DNA of 32,000 nucleotides. Source: an uncultured Pelagibacteraceae bacterium (lineage in GTDB: Bacteria > Pseudomonadota > Alphaproteobacteria > Pelagibacterales > Pelagibacteraceae). Below are positions 29,060 through 32,000 of this stretch, piece after piece. The DNA is taken from positions 132,376 to 164,375 of the forward strand of contig CACDFI010000001.1 of NCBI GenBank assembly GCA_902551985.1, read 5' to 3'. The notes under the pieces were generated by a model. The model did no database searches. It was not told where the DNA came from and was given only the letters and a program-made list of their open reading frames with translations. The first letter of the stretch is position 1. Every line of letters begins with the position of its first letter. Position numbers and translations under genes: made by a program.

Positions 29060-31617
29060 TATTTACTTTTTTTTTTCTTTTTATTTTTATCGTACTCTTT
29101 TCTTTTCTCAATTAAAATAAGCGCCTCTTCCATTGTTAATTCAATGGGGTCTTTCTCCTCAGGTATTGTGGCATTTAATGATTTATATTTAATATATGGC
29201 CCATATTGACCTTTCATTATTCTTACTGGTTTTTTATCTTCAGGGTGTTCTCCAAGATCTTTTATTAATGATGATGAAATTCTACCAGGTTTTGCTTCAG
29301 CAATTAATGTTACTGCTCTATTTAATCCAATGCTAAATATTTCTTCCACATTCTCTAAACGAGCAGATTTATTATCACATTTTAAATAAGGGCCGAATCT
29401 TCCAACATTTACGGTTATATCTTTATCATTTTCAGGATTTTTACCTAAGATTAATGGTAAAGAGCACAAATATTTTGCTCTTTCTAAATCTATACTTTTA
29501 ATATCAATCCCTTTTGGTATTGAGACATTTTTCATATTATTTTCTTCTTTTTTCAATTTCCTTTTTTTCTTTGCTGTTTCCTCTTCTTCTATTTCTTTTT
29601 CATATTGCAAATAAGGGCCAAATCTTCCATTTTTTAAATATATATCTTTACCAAGATCATTTTGACCAATGAGTTTCGGCTCTGCCAAGGTTAATTGTTG
29701 AGCAGCCTTAGATTTAGACAGAGGTCTGGTAAATTTACATTCAGGATAATTTGAGCATCCAATAAATGCACCACCTCTGAAACTATTTTTTAAGCTTAAT
29801 TGGCCACTATCACAAAGTCTACATTTTCTATTTATATTTCCATCTTTATCTACTTCAAAAATTAATGATCCCAGACTTTCATTAAGTAAGTCTAGAACTT
29901 CTCTTGTTCTTTTTTCCTTAACATCTGTTACATTTAAATTAAAGTCTCTCCAAAATTCCTCTAAAACCTTAATCCAATTCTCTTTACCCGATGTTATGTC
30001 ATCTAATTGATCTTCTAATTTTGCAGTAAAATCATAATCAACATATTTTGAAAATAATTTTTCTAAAAACGCAGATAGCAATTTTCCTCTATCTGTTGGA
30101 AAAAATCTTTTATTTTCTATATCAGCATATCCTCTGTTTGAAATAACAGATATGATACTAGCATAAGTAGACGGTCTACCAATTCCTAATTCTTCAAGTT
30201 TTTTAACAAGACTCGCTTCAGAATATCTTGGTGGGGGTTGAGTAAAGTGTTGTTCATCATTAAAATCTTTATAAGATACTTCTCCTTTACTTACATCTGG
30301 TAAAATATTTTCCTCATCTTTATTTCCATCTAAATTTGAAACTTTTAAAAAACCATCAAACTTTAAAGTGGAGCCACTTGCTTTAAATATATTTTTTTCA
30401 TCATCTGATGAGATAGTAATAGTTTTTCTATCAAATTTTGCAGATTCCATTTGTGAGGAGAGGGATCTTGACCAAATTAAATTATACAATTTATATTGAT
30501 CTGTACTTAGATATTTTTTCATATCATCAGGAACTCTACTTATCTCTGTTGGCCTAATTGCTTCATGGGCCTCTTGAGCATTTTTTGCTTTTTTTCCTGA
30601 ATAATTTAATGGTGATGGTGGCAAATAATCATTTCCGTAGTTCTGAGTAATGAAATCTCTAAATGAGGTAACAGCATCCTTTGATATATTTGTACCATCC
30701 GTTCTCATATATGTAATTAAACCAACTGTTTCACCATCTATATCTATACCTTGATACAATCTTTGTGCAATTTGCATTGTTCTTGATGCCCCAAACCCTA
30801 ATTTACTAGATGAAGTTTGTTGTAAAGTTGAAGTAGTAAATGGACCAGATGGGTTTCGAGTGTATGTTTTAGAAGTTATATCACTAATTTTATATTTTTT
30901 GTTTTTTATTAATTCTACTCCTGAATTAACTTCCACTTTATTTTTAAATGAAAACTTTTCAATTTTTTTTCCATCAAGTTGATTAATATTTGTATTTATT
31001 ATTAAATTGTCTTTTGTTAAAAAATTTACATTTAGTGTCCAAAACTCTTTGGGTTGAAATACCTCTATTTCATGCTCTCTCTCTGTAAGCAATCTAAGTG
31101 CTACAGACTGAACTCTTCCTGCGGATTTTGATCCAGGTAGCTTTGTCCATAAAATAGGTGATATATTAAAACCTACTAGATAATCTAAAGCACGTCTTGC
31201 CATGTAAGCATCAACAAGTTCATTCTCAATATTTCTAGGATTATCTATCCCATTTGTTACAGCTTTTTTAGTGATTTCGTTGAAGACTACTCTTTCAACT
31301 TTTTTGTCTTTCAGAAGTTTTTTTTCATCTAAAAATTCTTTTACATGCCACGCTATTGCTTCACCCTCACGATCAGGATCTGTTGCAAGTATAATTTTGT
31401 CTGAATTCTTGGCTGTATCAGTAATTTCTTTTAAATATTTTTTAGAAAAACTGTCAACTTCCCAAATCATCTTAAAGGAATTTTCTGGATCAACCGAACC
31501 ATTCTTTGATGGCAAATCTCTGATGTGACCATAGCTAGCTAAAACTGTGTAATCTGCACCAAGATATTTATTTATAGTTTTAGCTTTTGCAGGACTTTCA
31601 ACAATTACAAGATTCAT
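29059..31617 (-). CDS. topA: DNA topoisomerase I
   Basis: 852 aa. Toprim N-terminus LVIVESPAKAKTI...DPDREGEAIAWH and active-site region ITYMRTDG. The C-terminal domain has one C4 ribbon plus Cys-less G(R/Q)(F/Y)GPY repeats. Confidence 0.97.
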   Translation of the reverse strand: MNLVIVESPAKAKTINKYLGADYTVLASYGHIRDLPSKNGSVDPENSFKMIWEVDSFSKKYLKEITDTAKNSDKIILATDPDREGEAIAWHVKEFLDEKKLLKDKKVERVVFNEITKKAVTNGIDNPRNIENELVDAYMARRALDYLVGFNISPILWTKLPGSKSAGRVQSVALRLLTEREHEIEVFQPKEFWTLNVNFLTKDNLIINTNINQLDGKKIEKFSFKNKVEVNSGVELIKNKKYKISDITSKTYTRNPSGPFTTSTLQQTSSSKLGFGASRTMQIAQRLYQGIDIDGETVGLITYMRTDGTNISKDAVTSFRDFITQNYGNDYLPPSPLNYSGKKAKNAQEAHEAIRPTEISRVPDDMKKYLSTDQYKLYNLIWSRSLSSQMESAKFDRKTITISSDDEKNIFKASGSTLKFDGFLKVSNLDGNKDEENILPDVSKGEVSYKDFNDEQHFTQPPPRYSEASLVKKLEELGIGRPSTYASIISVISNRGYADIENKRFFPTDRGKLLSAFLEKLFSKYVDYDFTAKLEDQLDDITSGKENWIKVLEEFWRDFNLNVTDVKEKRTREVLDLLNESLGSLIFEVDKDGNINRKCRLCDSGQLSLKNSFRGGAFIGCSNYPECKFTRPLSKSKAAQQLTLAEPKLIGQNDLGKDIYLKNGRFGPYLQYEKEIEEEETAKKKRKLKKEENNMKNVSIPKGIDIKSIDLERAKYLCSLPLILGKNPENDKDITVNVGRFGPYLKCDNKSARLENVEEIFSIGLNRAVTLIAEAKPGRISSSLIKDLGEHPEDKKPVRIMKGQYGPYIKYKSLNATIPEEKDPIELTMEEALILIEKRKEYDKNKKKKKSK

Positions 31618-31654
31618 TATTGTTGAAACTACTTATAACTACTTAACTGTCAAA

Positions 31655-32000
31655 TTAATAAATTTTACTCTTTGTTTCTTCTTTGTTTATTAATCTTTTT
31701 ATATTTTCTCTATGTGTATAAAAAATTAATACAAACATAATGGTAAAAAAAATAAAATTACCATTACCTAAAATTAATATGTAAATTGGTATTGAGATTG
31801 ATGCAATTAAGGAAGATAGGGAAGAATATTTAGATATAATAAAGGTTAAAACCCAAATAATCCCAAATATTAATGCATAATAAATATTTATTGAAATTAG
31901 TATTCCCACAAATGTTGCAACACCCTTACCTCCATCAAATTTTAACCAAACTGGAAATAAATGACCTAAAAAAGCACAAAGTGCTGAAATAAAAATTAAA
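31655..32000 (-). CDS. plsY: Glycerol-3-phosphate acyltransferase PlsY (C-terminal ~114 aa; 5' end beyond the window)
   Basis: The minus-strand frame stays open from 31909 to nt 32000. It reads ...ALCAFLGHLFPVWLKFDGGKGVATFVGILI..., the PlsY signature. The GTG at 31909 used by the ORF track is therefore internal. Confidence 0.88.
   Translation of the reverse strand, partial: LIFISALCAFLGHLFPVWLKFDGGKGVATFVGILISINIYYALIFGIIWVLTFIISKYSSLSSLIASISIPIYILILGNGNFIFFTIMFVLIFYTHRENIKRLINKEETKSKIY

Noticed and set aside
449-31528. About 25 antisense or alternative-frame track ORFs of 61-150 aa (e.g. 449-709, 3081-3533, 4563-4976, 6255-6467, 7956-8237, 9196-9450, 10614-10940, 16991-17332, 25815-26021, 27892-28161, 28884-29120, 31271-31528)
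   Set aside because: All lie entirely or almost entirely inside strongly conserved genes on the opposite strand or in another frame. Their F/L/I/S-rich, low-complexity translations are what the complement of AAA/AAT/GAA-rich coding sequence produces. None has its own spacer, start context or recognisable motif.
31907-31909. GTG at 31909 as the start of an 84-aa protein
   Set aside because: The frame continues upstream to the window edge and encodes the PlsY signature HLFPVWLKFDGGKGVAT, so this is an internal codon of a truncated plsY.
1-32000. Search for a novel multi-gene system (defence island, toxin-antitoxin, CRISPR, phage or IS remnants, integrase, tRNA integration site)
   Set aside because: Every substantial ORF is a recognisable housekeeping gene and only about 400 nt are noncoding. 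There are no direct or inverted repeat arrays, no transposase or integrase motifs and no tRNA. The window is an ordinary core region.

Overview
This is a very AT-rich (roughly 30% GC by eye), extremely gene-dense segment of a bacterial core genome. Nt 1-22679 is one uninterrupted plus-strand array of transcription and translation genes. In order: rpoB (5' end cut by the window edge)-rpoC; rpsL-rpsG-fusA; rpsJ-rplC-rplD-rplW-rplB-rpsS-rplV-rpsC-rplP-rpmC-rpsQ; rplN-rplX-rplE-rpsN-rpsH-rplF-rplR-rpsE-rplO-secY-adk; rpsM-rpsK-rpoA-rplQ. An RluA-family pseudouridine synthase follows 9 nt later. The last ~9 kb carries housekeeping genes on both strands: lipB(-), mgtE(+), panC(-), galU-ugd(+), a RidA-family gene(-), topA(-) and plsY(-, cut by the window end). 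Three things suggest a streamlined alphaproteobacterium of the SAR11/Pelagibacterales type: the gene order (adk directly after secY, no infA/rpmJ, no rpsD in the alpha cluster), the base composition and the compaction. That assignment is inference and needs a database search. Using my start calls, intergenic DNA totals only about 400 nt of 32,000, and only five gaps exceed 10 nt (159, 55, 61, 34 and 37 nt). I found no mobile element, CRISPR array, defence island, tRNA/rRNA gene or unexplained multi-gene system. Every track ORF not listed as a feature is a shadow of a conserved gene. My verdict is that this is an ordinary core region with no support for a novel system. The observations worth a second look concern architecture. 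tuf is missing between fusA and rpsJ, and rpmD between rpsE and rplO. L24 is truncated. Stop/start fusions are pervasive (ten TAATG junctions), and convergent genes abut or overlap. Coding homopolymers of 10-13 nt occur in essential genes. The rpoC-rpsL spacer is the one GC-enriched, foldable noncoding island.
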